Shown here piece by piece: positions 38,783 through 47,143 of a stretch of 64,000 bases of DNA. The translations under genes were made by a program, and so were the position numbers. The stretch comes from Dehalococcoidia bacterium (GTDB lineage: Bacteria; Chloroflexota; Dehalococcoidia; Lucifugimonadales; CATOSD01), in contig CBDCJA010000002.1 of assembly GCA_965217705.1 (NCBI GenBank), forward strand, positions 1,738,016-1,802,015, given 5' to 3'. Positions within the stretch are counted from its first letter, which is position 1. Every line of letters begins with the position of its first letter. The notes under the pieces were generated by a model that did not search any database, was not told the origin of the DNA, and saw only the letters and a list, made by a program, of their open reading frames with translations.

Positions 38783-39867
38783 GGGATGTGGGTGCGGAGG
38801 CGGTGGAACCAGCGGCGGAGGGCGCTGTCGCAGGCGACGGACAGCGCCGAGAGCGCCATGGTGCGGTATACCCACCCGCGGGTGACCTTGGAAGGGCGGG
38901 ACGGGTCTAGCCAGCGGTCGTTGCTGGCGAGCAGGGCCAGCGTGGCGAGTCCCATGAGTGCGGGCCATAGGACGGCGAGGCGGAGGCGGACGCAGCGGCG
39001 GGGGATGGCGAGGGCGTAGGTCTCGGCGTCTCGGAAGTGTTCCAGGGCGGCTCGGAGGCCGCGGGCGAGGACGGGCCGGGCGCGGTCGGAGTTGGCGGGG
39101 TCGAGCAGGTCGGCGGGGGTCAGGCCCTCGGCGGCGAGCCAGTCGGCGGGGAGGTAGCAGCGGCCGGCGCGGAGGTCGGCGGGGAAGTCGCGGAGGACGT
39201 TGGTGAGCTGGAGGGCCTTGCCGAAGGCGACGCCGAGGTCGGACATGCGGGGGACGTCCCAGCGCGACAGGGCGGGGGTCTTGGCGACGGACGTCTCGGT
39301 CCAGAACTCGCCGACGCAGCCGGCGACGAGGTAGGTGTAGCGGTCCAGGTCGTCGAAGGTGCGGAACGCGCCGGGCGCGCCGGCGGCCTCGCCGGGGAAA
39401 AACGTCAGGTCGACCTCCATGCCCCGCGTGAGGGTGGTGACGACGGAGCGGACGCGGGCGGCGTCCTCCCGCGGCAGCGATTCGAGCAGGGAGAGCTGTA
39501 CCGGCAGCGAGTCGGCGAGGGCGCGTTCGGCGTCGGTGGCGGCGAACCGGGCTGCTAGTACGGACAGCGCGCGGGCGTCTTCAGCGACGGCGGGACGCGC
39601 GATCGTGGCGCGAAAGCGGCACAGCGCGACCAGGCGCCGCGTGGGCGTTGCAGCGCGGGAGTCCGCGATGGTGTCGGCGGCGCGGGCGAGGAGGTAGGCG
39701 AGGCCGACGGGGGTGCGGAGGGGGCCGGGGAGGATGCGGATGGTGAGGTAGAACGCCCTGGACACGCGGCGGAGTACGCCGGTCAGGAGGCGTCTGCGGT
39801 CGCGCGGGCCGACGCTGGGGAGGGGGTCGGCGGCGTGGGGCTGGCGGCTGTCGCTGCGGGTGCTCAC
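38752..39867 (-). CDS. squalene/phytoene synthase-family protein
   Basis: 371 aa. SRAFYLTIRILP, YLLARAADTIAD and D..DD-type regions of trans-isoprenyl diphosphate synthases. The last ~10 codons and the stop lie inside a family A repeat. Confidence 0.75.
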   Translation of the reverse strand: MSTRSDSRQPHAADPLPSVGPRDRRRLLTGVLRRVSRAFYLTIRILPGPLRTPVGLAYLLARAADTIADSRAATPTRRLVALCRFRATIARPAVAEDARALSVLAARFAATDAERALADSLPVQLSLLESLPREDAARVRSVVTTLTRGMEVDLTFFPGEAAGAPGAFRTFDDLDRYTYLVAGCVGEFWTETSVAKTPALSRWDVPRMSDLGVAFGKALQLTNVLRDFPADLRAGRCYLPADWLAAEGLTPADLLDPANSDRARPVLARGLRAALEHFRDAETYALAIPRRCVRLRLAVLWPALMGLATLALLASNDRWLDPSRPSKVTRGWVYRTMALSALSVACDSALRRWFHRLRTHIPVPSPSQGEG

Positions 39868-39886
39868 GCGGGTATTGTACGGGGGG

Positions 39887-39975
39887 TAGTGGTCAGATGT
39901 CAGTAGTCAGTGGTCAGTGGTCGGTGGATCGCCAGCCCCCGCCCACCAGCGGGCGGGTCACAGACCCGCCCCTAC
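39887..39975 (+). repeat. family E heptamer array plus a family D module
   Basis: gtagtg gtcagat gtcagta gtcagtg gtcagtg gtcggtg, then gcgggcgggtcacagacccgcccctac (39949-39975). Confidence 0.85.
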
Positions 39976-40126
39976 CGTGCCTTGAGAAGGGACTGACGGT
40001 GAAATGTTCGGGGGAATTGTCACGCTCAGTTCTGCCAAGTATCATTGGACGGTGGCCGGGAGGCGGGTACGCTCGCCTTTACCGGCCTTAGAATCTCAAG
40101 AACTTTTGACTGGGGAAACACTCCAT

Positions 40127-40318
40127 ATGGCTACGGAAGAGCAAATTCAGAAGGTTGTGAACAGCCTGTACGAGGTCGAGAGCTGCAACCGGTGCGGAAC
40201 GCGGCTGCGCTTCGGCGACATGGACTGTCCGCGATGCGGCGCCGACATCGAGGACAACCTGCGGGACTGGGCCGAGCGCCTGGTGGACTCCCTGTTGCTC
40301 ATGGACGACGACAATTGA
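40127..40318 (+). CDS. small zinc-ribbon protein, translationally coupled to the downstream peptidase
   Basis: 63 aa. CNRCG...CPRCG. The stop TGA overlaps the TTG start of the next gene (TTGA at 40315-40318). Confidence 0.55.
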   Translation: MATEEQIQKVVNSLYEVESCNRCGTRLRFGDMDCPRCGADIEDNLRDWAERLVDSLLLMDDDN

Positions 40319-41571
40319 GCGCCAACGCGGGAGCGGCGGACGAACGCCGGGGCGGTGTCACTTCGCGGCGCGAGGACGAGAGGGCGCTGGAGATACTGGC
40401 GCGGCTCGGCGCGCGACCGGCGGCTCCGTTCCACGAGCGGGGAGTCGCCGAGAGCGTGGAGGGCACGCTGCGGGAGAGCGGCCTGGAGCATAGGCGCGAC
40501 GAGTTCGGCAACGTGCTGGCGCGATACGCCAGCCCCGCAAAGGAGCACGGGCGGCGGCCCATCGCGTTCGTGGCTCACATGGACCATCCCGGCTTCGAGA
40601 TAATCGAGGGGTCGGGGCGGCGCTACGTGGCGCGGGCGCTCGGCGGCGTGCCGGCGGCGTCGCTGGGCAAGCCGACGCCGGCGCTGGCGTTGCTGCCCGA
40701 CGGGCGGCGCGTGCCGTGCGAGCTTACACCCTACGACGGCGCGGAGCGAGGCGGTTCGGACCGGCTTGTGGTCGCGACGCTGGCGGAGGAAGCCGAGTTG
40801 GCGCCGCCGGTGCCGGTGGTGTTCGACCTGCCGGACTTCGAGCTGGACGGCGACACGATTCGCATGAGGGCGCTTGACGACCTCGCGGGCTGCGCGAGCA
40901 TCCTGGCGGCGATGGAGCGGCTGGCGGCCGAGGGGGCGCGCGCCGATGTGTTCGCGGTGTTCACACGCGGCGAGGAGGGCGGCCTGTTCGGTGCGCGGCT
41001 GATGGCGCAGGCGGGCACGCTGCCAGGAGACACCGTGGTGGTGTCGATCGAGTCCAGCCCGGTCATTCCGGGCGTGGCGCAGGGCCGGGGTCCGGTCATC
41101 CGCACGGGCGACGCCGCAAGCACGTTCGACGGACGCGCGGAGCAGGCGCTGATCGCCGCGAGGCAGCGCATCCTGGAGCGCACGCCGGAGTTCCGGTGCC
41201 AGCGGCAGCTCATGAGCGGCGGCACCTGCGAGGCGACGGCGTTCGCGATGTACGGGTACAGCGTGACGGGGATCGCCTTCCCGCTGGGCAACTACCACAA
41301 CGCGACTACGGACCTGCGCGACCCCGATGGGGGCGTGGGCGCGGAGTACATCGCGCTGGCCGACTTCCTGGGGGGCGTGGAGCTGATAGCCGAGGGGATG
41401 CGGGGATCCGGCGGAGCGGCTGCCGAGCGGGGGCTGCCCGACGTGGGGCAGGACGTGCGCGAACGGATGACGGCGACGGCGCGGGAGTGGGCAGGCGCGC
41501 CGTCACCCCCATCCCCGTATCGAGTACGGGGCAGGCTCAGTCCCTTCCCCCGTCGAGGGGGAAGGGACTGA
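40315..41571 (+). CDS. M42/M20-type metallopeptidase (FrvX-like aminopeptidase)
   Basis: FVAHMDHPGF, DDLAGCA and TRGEEGGLFGA motifs. TTG start was chosen by frame and coupling. The C-terminal ~25 codons read into family B/A repeats. Confidence 0.7.
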   Translation: MSANAGAADERRGGVTSRREDERALEILARLGARPAAPFHERGVAESVEGTLRESGLEHRRDEFGNVLARYASPAKEHGRRPIAFVAHMDHPGFEIIEGSGRRYVARALGGVPAASLGKPTPALALLPDGRRVPCELTPYDGAERGGSDRLVVATLAEEAELAPPVPVVFDLPDFELDGDTIRMRALDDLAGCASILAAMERLAAEGARADVFAVFTRGEEGGLFGARLMAQAGTLPGDTVVVSIESSPVIPGVAQGRGPVIRTGDAASTFDGRAEQALIAARQRILERTPEFRCQRQLMSGGTCEATAFAMYGYSVTGIAFPLGNYHNATTDLRDPDGGVGAEYIALADFLGGVELIAEGMRGSGGAAAERGLPDVGQDVRERMTATAREWAGAPSPPSPYRVRGRLSPFPRRGGRD

Positions 41572-41685
41572 GCGCCGGCGGGCGGGTTTGAAACCCGCCT
41601 CTACTGGCTGGAGGGAGAGGGGACTTTGAGCGCGCCGTCACCCCCATCCTAACCTTCCCCCATCGAGGGGGAAGAGACTTTGGAA
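41502..41685 (+). repeat. dense composite array: family B + A + D + A-variant + A
   Basis: gtcacccccatCCCCGTAtcgagTACGGGGcagg / ctcagtCCCTTCCCCCgtcgaGGGGGAAGGGactgag / ggcgggcgggtttgaaacccgcctctac / ggagggagaggggactttgag / gtcacccccatcctaaccttcccccatcgagggggaagagact. Confidence 0.9.
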
Positions 41686-41692
41686 ACGCCCA

Positions 41693-42346
41693 CTAGGGCT
41701 CGCTTCTGTCCCAGCCGTCCAGCACCCAGTAGCCCACGCGGGGGACGTCCACGACCGTCTCCAGGCCCTGGGCGCGCTTGAGGCGCTGGATGTTGTATAG
41801 GTGGGTCGTCTCTTCGAAGTAGACGTGGCGGATGGTGGCCTCGAGCGTCATGCGGCCCTCGCCGCCGTCCTCGCCGGGAGTCAGGCCCGTGGGGTGCGCC
41901 CGAGCCATGGGCACCCACGTCGCGCCGCCGGCGTAGGCGATCGAGGCGCGCCTGGCGAACCCGGCGTCGTGGTCGGCGAGCACCGACCGCACCAGGTCGA
42001 TGCCCTCGCGCAGCTTGGGCATGATCACGCCGAGGTCGTGGTAGACGGTGTCGTCGAGCCGGCGGTCTGAGGGGGAGTCCGCGAGGCTCTTAACGTCGTC
42101 AACGCCGTGGCCGCCGGGAAACAGCGCGTCGACCCAGCGAATGAGCATCCACCTGAACGTCACCGAGGCCATGTGGCTGAGCTGCATACGGATGCTCCAC
42201 TCGCTCCACCCCCACCTGCCCGACACGAAGTCCAGCTGCTCATCGGTCAGGCCGTCGACCTCGCGCGCGATGAGGTCGTAGAGGCCGTCGAATTCGGGGA
42301 ACAGCCGCGCCGCGGGGGCGTCGTCGGGGATGTTGGGGTTGATCAT
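41693..42346 (-). CDS. DinB-like (four-helix-bundle, His-rich) family protein
   Basis: 217 aa from ATG 42346. LTDEQLDF, QLSHMA and EETTHLYNIQRL fit the DinB/YfiT pattern. Moderate confidence only. Confidence 0.5.
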   Translation of the reverse strand: MINPNIPDDAPAARLFPEFDGLYDLIAREVDGLTDEQLDFVSGRWGWSEWSIRMQLSHMASVTFRWMLIRWVDALFPGGHGVDDVKSLADSPSDRRLDDTVYHDLGVIMPKLREGIDLVRSVLADHDAGFARRASIAYAGGATWVPMARAHPTGLTPGEDGGEGRMTLEATIRHVYFEETTHLYNIQRLKRAQGLETVVDVPRVGYWVLDGWDRSEP

Positions 42347-42603
42347 GTAGGACCTCCGTGGAGCGTTTCTCCCTCTTACGCTCACCCTAACCCTCTCCCT
42401 CAAGGGAGAGGGGACTGTGGCGACGCGGGCGGGCGGGTTGCAAACCTGCCCCTACAGGCGCGGGCCGCGAGTGGCGGGCGTGGTCGGCATGGGGCTAAAA
42501 TATGGCATCTCACGGCGGGCAGCGTCAAGGGGTAGCCGCGAACATGGACGCTAGATTCCTCGACTGCGCTCGGAATGACATTACTTATGGTGGGAGGTGC
42601 GGT

Positions 42604-44214
42604 ATGGACCTGGTGCTGACGGGGGGCAACGTGCTTACGATGGATGGGCGAAACAGCCGGGCGGCGGCGGTGGCCGTGCGGGACGGCAGGCTGCGGGCTG
42701 TGGGAGCCAGCGCGGAGATTGCGAAGCTTGCCGGCCCGGATACTCGGGTGGTGCGCCTGAACGGGCGAACGCTGCTGCCCGGCTTCGTGGACCCGCACAA
42801 TCACTTCAGCCTGACGACGTTCCAGCCGGTGTCGGTCGATTGCAGCGTGCCGCCGCACATGAGCGTGAACAGCATACTGGACGCCATCGCCAACGCCGCC
42901 AAGGACGTCCCGCGCGGGCGCTGGCTGTGGGGATGGGGGTTCCGCAGCCGCATGATGCCGGACGGCGCGCGGCTCACGCGCGGTCAGTTGGACGAGGCCG
43001 CGCCCGACAATCCCGTGTGCGTGATGGACGGCTCGGTGCACGCCTGCTACGCCAACTCCGCCGCGCTGGCGATGGCCGGCATAGACCGGCACACGCCCGA
43101 CCCGTCGCACGGCCAGATCCTGCACGACGACCGCGGCGAGCCGGACGGCACGCTGTGGGAAGGGGCGATTGACCCAGTGTACAACCTGTCTATGCGCAAC
43201 TTCATCGACTACTACGGCGACGATGGCGCGGCTGAGCTGGTACGGCAGAACTGCCTCCGCCACCTGGCGTGCGGCATAACCTCGGTGGGCGACGCGCTCG
43301 TCACGCCCAACGCCGCGCACATGTACCGCGCCGCCGAGAGCAGGGGCAAGCTGCCCATGACGGTACACCAGATGCTCGGAGGCCAGGGCTTCTTCGCCGC
43401 GCCGGAGGAGGCATCGCGGGGCGAGTTGGGCGATGGCAACGTGTCGGACAGGCTGCGGGGCGGCACCATGAAGATGTTCATGGACCCGGTCTTCCCCAGC
43501 GCGGCGCTCATACGATTCCACGCGCACGGCGGAGAGGAGCGTTTCGGCGAACGCTATTACACGCAGGATGAGGCGGACGCCCTGACGGTGAACGCGCACG
43601 GGCGCGGGATGCAGGTGGCGATTCACTGCCTGGGCACCTGGGCGATCGAGCAGGCGCTCAACAGCTTCGAGGCCGCGCTGAGGGAGCGCCGCGCCGAGGA
43701 GCCGCGCTTCCGTATCGAGCACTACGGCTTCCCCACGCCGTCGCAGATGCGCCGGGCCAAGTCGCTGGGCGTGGTGCCGGTGGTGCAGCCGCCGTTCGTA
43801 TACACCGGCGGCGATTCGGCGGTGCAGCGCGCGGAGGAGTTGGGCGGCGGAGTGGGCGCCCACCCGTTCAGGTCGATGCTGGACGAGGGCCTGACAGTGG
43901 CGGCAAGCTCGGACTGCCCGTGCGCGCCGCTGGAGCCGCTGCTGGGTCTGTACTCCATCGTCACGCGGCGCACGCGAGGCGGCGAGCCCGCCGGACCGGA
44001 CGAGGCGGTGACGCCGGAGGAGGGGCTGCGCATGTACACGGCCAACGCTGCCTACGCCATGTCGCGGGAGTCGGAGGTGGGTTCGCTCGAGGTTGGCAAG
44101 CGTGCCGACCTGCTGGTGCTGAGCCACGATCCGACGAGCATCGCGCCGGAGCATATACGCGAGATCTACGTGGACCAGACATTCGTGGACGGCGAGCTGG
44201 TGTATGAGCGGTGA
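42604..44214 (+). CDS. amidohydrolase (YtcJ-like), third paralogue
   Basis: ATG 42604 after GGGAGG. MDLVLTGGNVLTMDG...GFVDPHNH, AIHCLG, IEHYG and ASSDCP motifs. Confidence 0.9.
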   Translation: MDLVLTGGNVLTMDGRNSRAAAVAVRDGRLRAVGASAEIAKLAGPDTRVVRLNGRTLLPGFVDPHNHFSLTTFQPVSVDCSVPPHMSVNSILDAIANAAKDVPRGRWLWGWGFRSRMMPDGARLTRGQLDEAAPDNPVCVMDGSVHACYANSAALAMAGIDRHTPDPSHGQILHDDRGEPDGTLWEGAIDPVYNLSMRNFIDYYGDDGAAELVRQNCLRHLACGITSVGDALVTPNAAHMYRAAESRGKLPMTVHQMLGGQGFFAAPEEASRGELGDGNVSDRLRGGTMKMFMDPVFPSAALIRFHAHGGEERFGERYYTQDEADALTVNAHGRGMQVAIHCLGTWAIEQALNSFEAALRERRAEEPRFRIEHYGFPTPSQMRRAKSLGVVPVVQPPFVYTGGDSAVQRAEELGGGVGAHPFRSMLDEGLTVAASSDCPCAPLEPLLGLYSIVTRRTRGGEPAGPDEAVTPEEGLRMYTANAAYAMSRESEVGSLEVGKRADLLVLSHDPTSIAPEHIREIYVDQTFVDGELVYER

Positions 44215-44223
44215 GGGGCGGTG

Positions 44224-44373
44224 GGTCAGTTTATCAGTAGGTCAGTTTGTCAGTGGTCAGTGGGCGGGATGACGAGTTTCCATGCTGGGTTGAGCAGGAC
44301 AATGACAACCTCGCCCCCGTATCGAGTACGGGGCAGGCACTAGCCCTCTCCCCCAAGGGAGAGGGGACTTTGG
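44224..44373 (+). repeat. family E heptamers + family B + A-variant between convergent genes
   Basis: ggtcagtt tatcagt aggtcagtt tgtcagt ggtcagt; cgCCCCCGTAtcgagTACGGGGcagg (44312-44337); cactagCCCTCTCCCccaaGGGAGAGGGgactttgg (44338-44373). Confidence 0.85.
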
Positions 44374-45488
44374 CGGCGGGTGCGGGGGCCGTTGAGCATC
44401 GTTCCCACCGGCGTGTATCGCACGGCGAACTGGTAGACCACGAGCAATAGGGCGGTGACGGCCAGATTTATCAGGGCGAACTTCGCGTGGGAGCCGATGC
44501 GCCAGCCGGCGATCAGCTCGAACGCGACCACCACCAGGGGCAGGTGCCACAGGTAGATCCAGTAGGAAGCGTCGGACAGGTAGCGTATCCAGAACCGCTC
44601 CCGGTGCGCTATCAGCCTGAACAGGCCCATCAGCCCGAAGCACATCAGCCAGGCGAAGGCCACCTGAGCCACGGCGGCCAACGGCCTGGCCCAGTCTTCC
44701 TTCACGTCGTAGAGCAGCGTGAGGCCGGCCCAGAACACCAGCGTCAGCGCGGGGGCCAGCGCAAGCGTCCACCACCGGCTTGCCTGTATCCCGCGGCGGT
44801 AGAGGAACGCGCCGAAGACGAAGAAGAGCGTGTAGTAGGCCAGCACGACCGGGTCGAAGGCCAGTCCCTCGGAGGTGTCGGGGCCGAAGACGGGTTCCGT
44901 CATCAAAAGCTGCGGCAGAAGCGTTAGCGGAATGGCGAGCCACCAGACAATCGGGTTGTCGAACCTCACGCCCAGCTTCGCGGCCACGATGAATCCGCCG
45001 CACAGCCAGAGGAGGAACCAGAGGAACCAGAGATGGTTCAGGGTGCTCAGCCAGATGAACGGCCACCAGAAGATCGAGAACTCGACCTCCTGGAAGACGT
45101 CGAAGGCCCAGAGGAACGCAATCGTCGTGACCGGAATGACCGTGAACGCGCCGACGGCGAGGGGAATTCCTATGCGCTTGAGCCGTTGCACGGCCAGCGG
45201 GCGCAGTCCTCTGCGCTGCCAGAGCAGCGCGGTGAAGAATCCGCTGAGCAGGAAGAAGACGGGCATACGAAAGCCGTGTATGGCGTAGAACAGGAGCGTG
45301 TAGAAGCCGGAGACTTCGGCGGGGTATCCCTCGGCGGAGTAGGCCTTCGACCAGGCGTCGGGCATGAAGAAGAGCGCGGTGTGAAGCACCACGCCGAGCA
45401 GCATGGCGAAGGCGCGCAGGGCGTCCAGCTCGTGGAAGCGCTGCGCGGGGGCGGCGTCCGCGGCCGGCTGTTCGGTTTCGGTGTCCAA
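44340..45488 (-). CDS. acyltransferase family 3 (OafA/OpgC-like) membrane protein
   Basis: RFHELDALRAFAMLLGVVLH start of the acyltransferase_3 family, about 10 TM spans. TTG start at 45488 is inferred. The stop lies inside an A-variant repeat. Confidence 0.7.
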   Translation of the reverse strand: MDTETEQPAADAAPAQRFHELDALRAFAMLLGVVLHTALFFMPDAWSKAYSAEGYPAEVSGFYTLLFYAIHGFRMPVFFLLSGFFTALLWQRRGLRPLAVQRLKRIGIPLAVGAFTVIPVTTIAFLWAFDVFQEVEFSIFWWPFIWLSTLNHLWFLWFLLWLCGGFIVAAKLGVRFDNPIVWWLAIPLTLLPQLLMTEPVFGPDTSEGLAFDPVVLAYYTLFFVFGAFLYRRGIQASRWWTLALAPALTLVFWAGLTLLYDVKEDWARPLAAVAQVAFAWLMCFGLMGLFRLIAHRERFWIRYLSDASYWIYLWHLPLVVVAFELIAGWRIGSHAKFALINLAVTALLLVVYQFAVRYTPVGTMLNGPRTRRQSPLSLGGEG

Positions 45489-45748
45489 TGGGGCGCGATT
45501 CCTCCGTGCCAGGGCGTGTTTTGGGTTGGCGGGCGTGCGTGGGCACGCTGCGGGCGAGTCTGGTATGTTCTGGCGAGTACGGTAGCATAGTGAGGGGTGT
45601 GGGGCGCGAGAATGTCGTGAGGGGTGATCGGTGTCCGCAGCCCGGCCCCTGGATTCCGGCTCGGGGTCCGGAATGACGAAAGAGAGATCGTGGAATGACG
45701 GGAGAGCGGGCCGGTATGCCGGAGACAGGAGGGAATTGCGGACGAGGG

Positions 45749-45826
45749 CTTTAGATTCCTCGGCTACGCTCGGAATGACACGAACGGATGGGCGGAATGA
45801 CACGAACGGATGGGCGGAGTGACGGG
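45749..45826 (+). repeat. family C module followed by a 22-nt tandem duplication
   Basis: ctttagattcctcggctacgctcggaatgaca, then cgaacggatgggcggaatgaca / cgaacggatgggcggagtgac. Confidence 0.85.
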
Positions 45827-45850
45827 ACATGGCAGCGGAATGGCGGGACA

Positions 45851-46708
45851 ATGGCAGGCAGGAGGAGAATAGTGGCTAGCGATTATCAGGAGAAGCACGT
45901 AACGGTGAACGGGGTGAGGCTTCGCTACCTGGACTGGGGCAGCGAGGGTAAGCCGCCGCTGGTGTGCCTGCACGGCCACACGGGCCAGGCGCACATCTGG
46001 GACGAGTTTGCGGAGGCAGCATCTTCCGCGTACCACGTGTACGCGGTGGACCAGCGCGGCCACGGCGGCAGCGGACGGGCCGGCGACGGCTACGCGCGCG
46101 ACAGGTTCGTGGAGGACCTGGCGGCGTTCGTCGACGCGCTTGGGCTGTCCAGGTTCACGCTGGCGGGGCTGTCGATGGGCGGCTGGCACTCGCTGCTGTA
46201 CACGGCGGACAACCCTGACAGAGTGGAGCGCATCGTGATAGTGGACATCGCGCCGGAGCCGAACCCGGCGGCGGCGGCCTCGCGGGCGAACCGCCCGCCC
46301 ACGCCGATGGAGTTCGCGACGGTGGACGACGCCGTCGCATGGGCGCGCGAGGGCAACCCGTGGGCGAGTGACGCGAGGCTGCGCAAGGACATCGAGGAAA
46401 AGACTACGCAGCGCGAGGACGGATCTTGGACTTGGAAGGCGGACCCGGTGTTGTTCAACAGCCCGCTTCCGGACATGACGGACCAGGGACTGATAGGCCG
46501 GTACTGGAAGGCGGTGGAGACTATCCCCTGCCCCATCCTGGAGGTGCGCGGAGCGGATAGCGGGCTGGTGGCGGACGAAACGCTGGAGCGGATGAAGCGG
46601 GTCGGCGCGGCGTTCGACTGGGTGGACGTGGCGGACGCGGGGCACGTGGTAACGGTGGACAAGCCGCAGGAGTTCATCGAGGCGACGCGGGGGTTTCTGG
46701 GCATGTGA
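45851..46708 (+). CDS. alpha/beta-fold hydrolase
   Basis: 285 aa from ATG 45851. HGHTG oxyanion region, nucleophile elbow GLSMGG, C-terminal AGH. Confidence 0.85.
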   Translation: MAGRRRIVASDYQEKHVTVNGVRLRYLDWGSEGKPPLVCLHGHTGQAHIWDEFAEAASSAYHVYAVDQRGHGGSGRAGDGYARDRFVEDLAAFVDALGLSRFTLAGLSMGGWHSLLYTADNPDRVERIVIVDIAPEPNPAAAASRANRPPTPMEFATVDDAVAWAREGNPWASDARLRKDIEEKTTQREDGSWTWKADPVLFNSPLPDMTDQGLIGRYWKAVETIPCPILEVRGADSGLVADETLERMKRVGAAFDWVDVADAGHVVTVDKPQEFIEATRGFLGM

Positions 46709-46943
46709 GGGGTGTGGGCGTGGCACCTCCATCCGAGTTTATCCACTAAGGACACTAAGGGACACGAAGTGGGAGGAGTCGGAGCCGAAGTAGTGGGGAG
46801 CGGCCGCTGAAGGCGTGCTCTGGCGGGGGATGAGCGCGATGGGGCGATCGAGGATGGCGAGCCCTGCGGGCGACACCACGGCAATCCACCGAACTGCCGG
46901 GTCGCCTGCCTATGGTTACGGGCTGACACTTCCCGTGCGCTGA

Positions 46944-46972
46944 CCGCGCCGACCGGTCGGCGCGGTGTTTGT
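46944..46972 (+). terminator. candidate rho-independent terminator
   Basis: ccgcgccga ccgg tcggcgcgg followed by tgtttgt. Confidence 0.4.
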
Positions 46973-47143
46973 ACGTCAACTTTGTCGCAGGAGCCATGTC
47001 AGCAGCCTTGACCTCTGCCTCGTATTCCCCGACCATCCGGCTAGATTCTCTGAGAACCTTGACGCTCGAATTCGTGGATGTTCCTCATTCGGGTGTTCTC
47101 GCCAGCCGCGTATCCAAAGGTGGGCGGCCTAGTCAAGACGCTG

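Noticed and set aside
46755-47036. 93-aa minus-strand ORF in the gap between the alpha/beta hydrolase and the protease gene.
   Set aside because: Arg/Pro/His-rich tail, no motif and no SD. The region is more likely non-coding and contains a terminator-like hairpin at 46944-46965.
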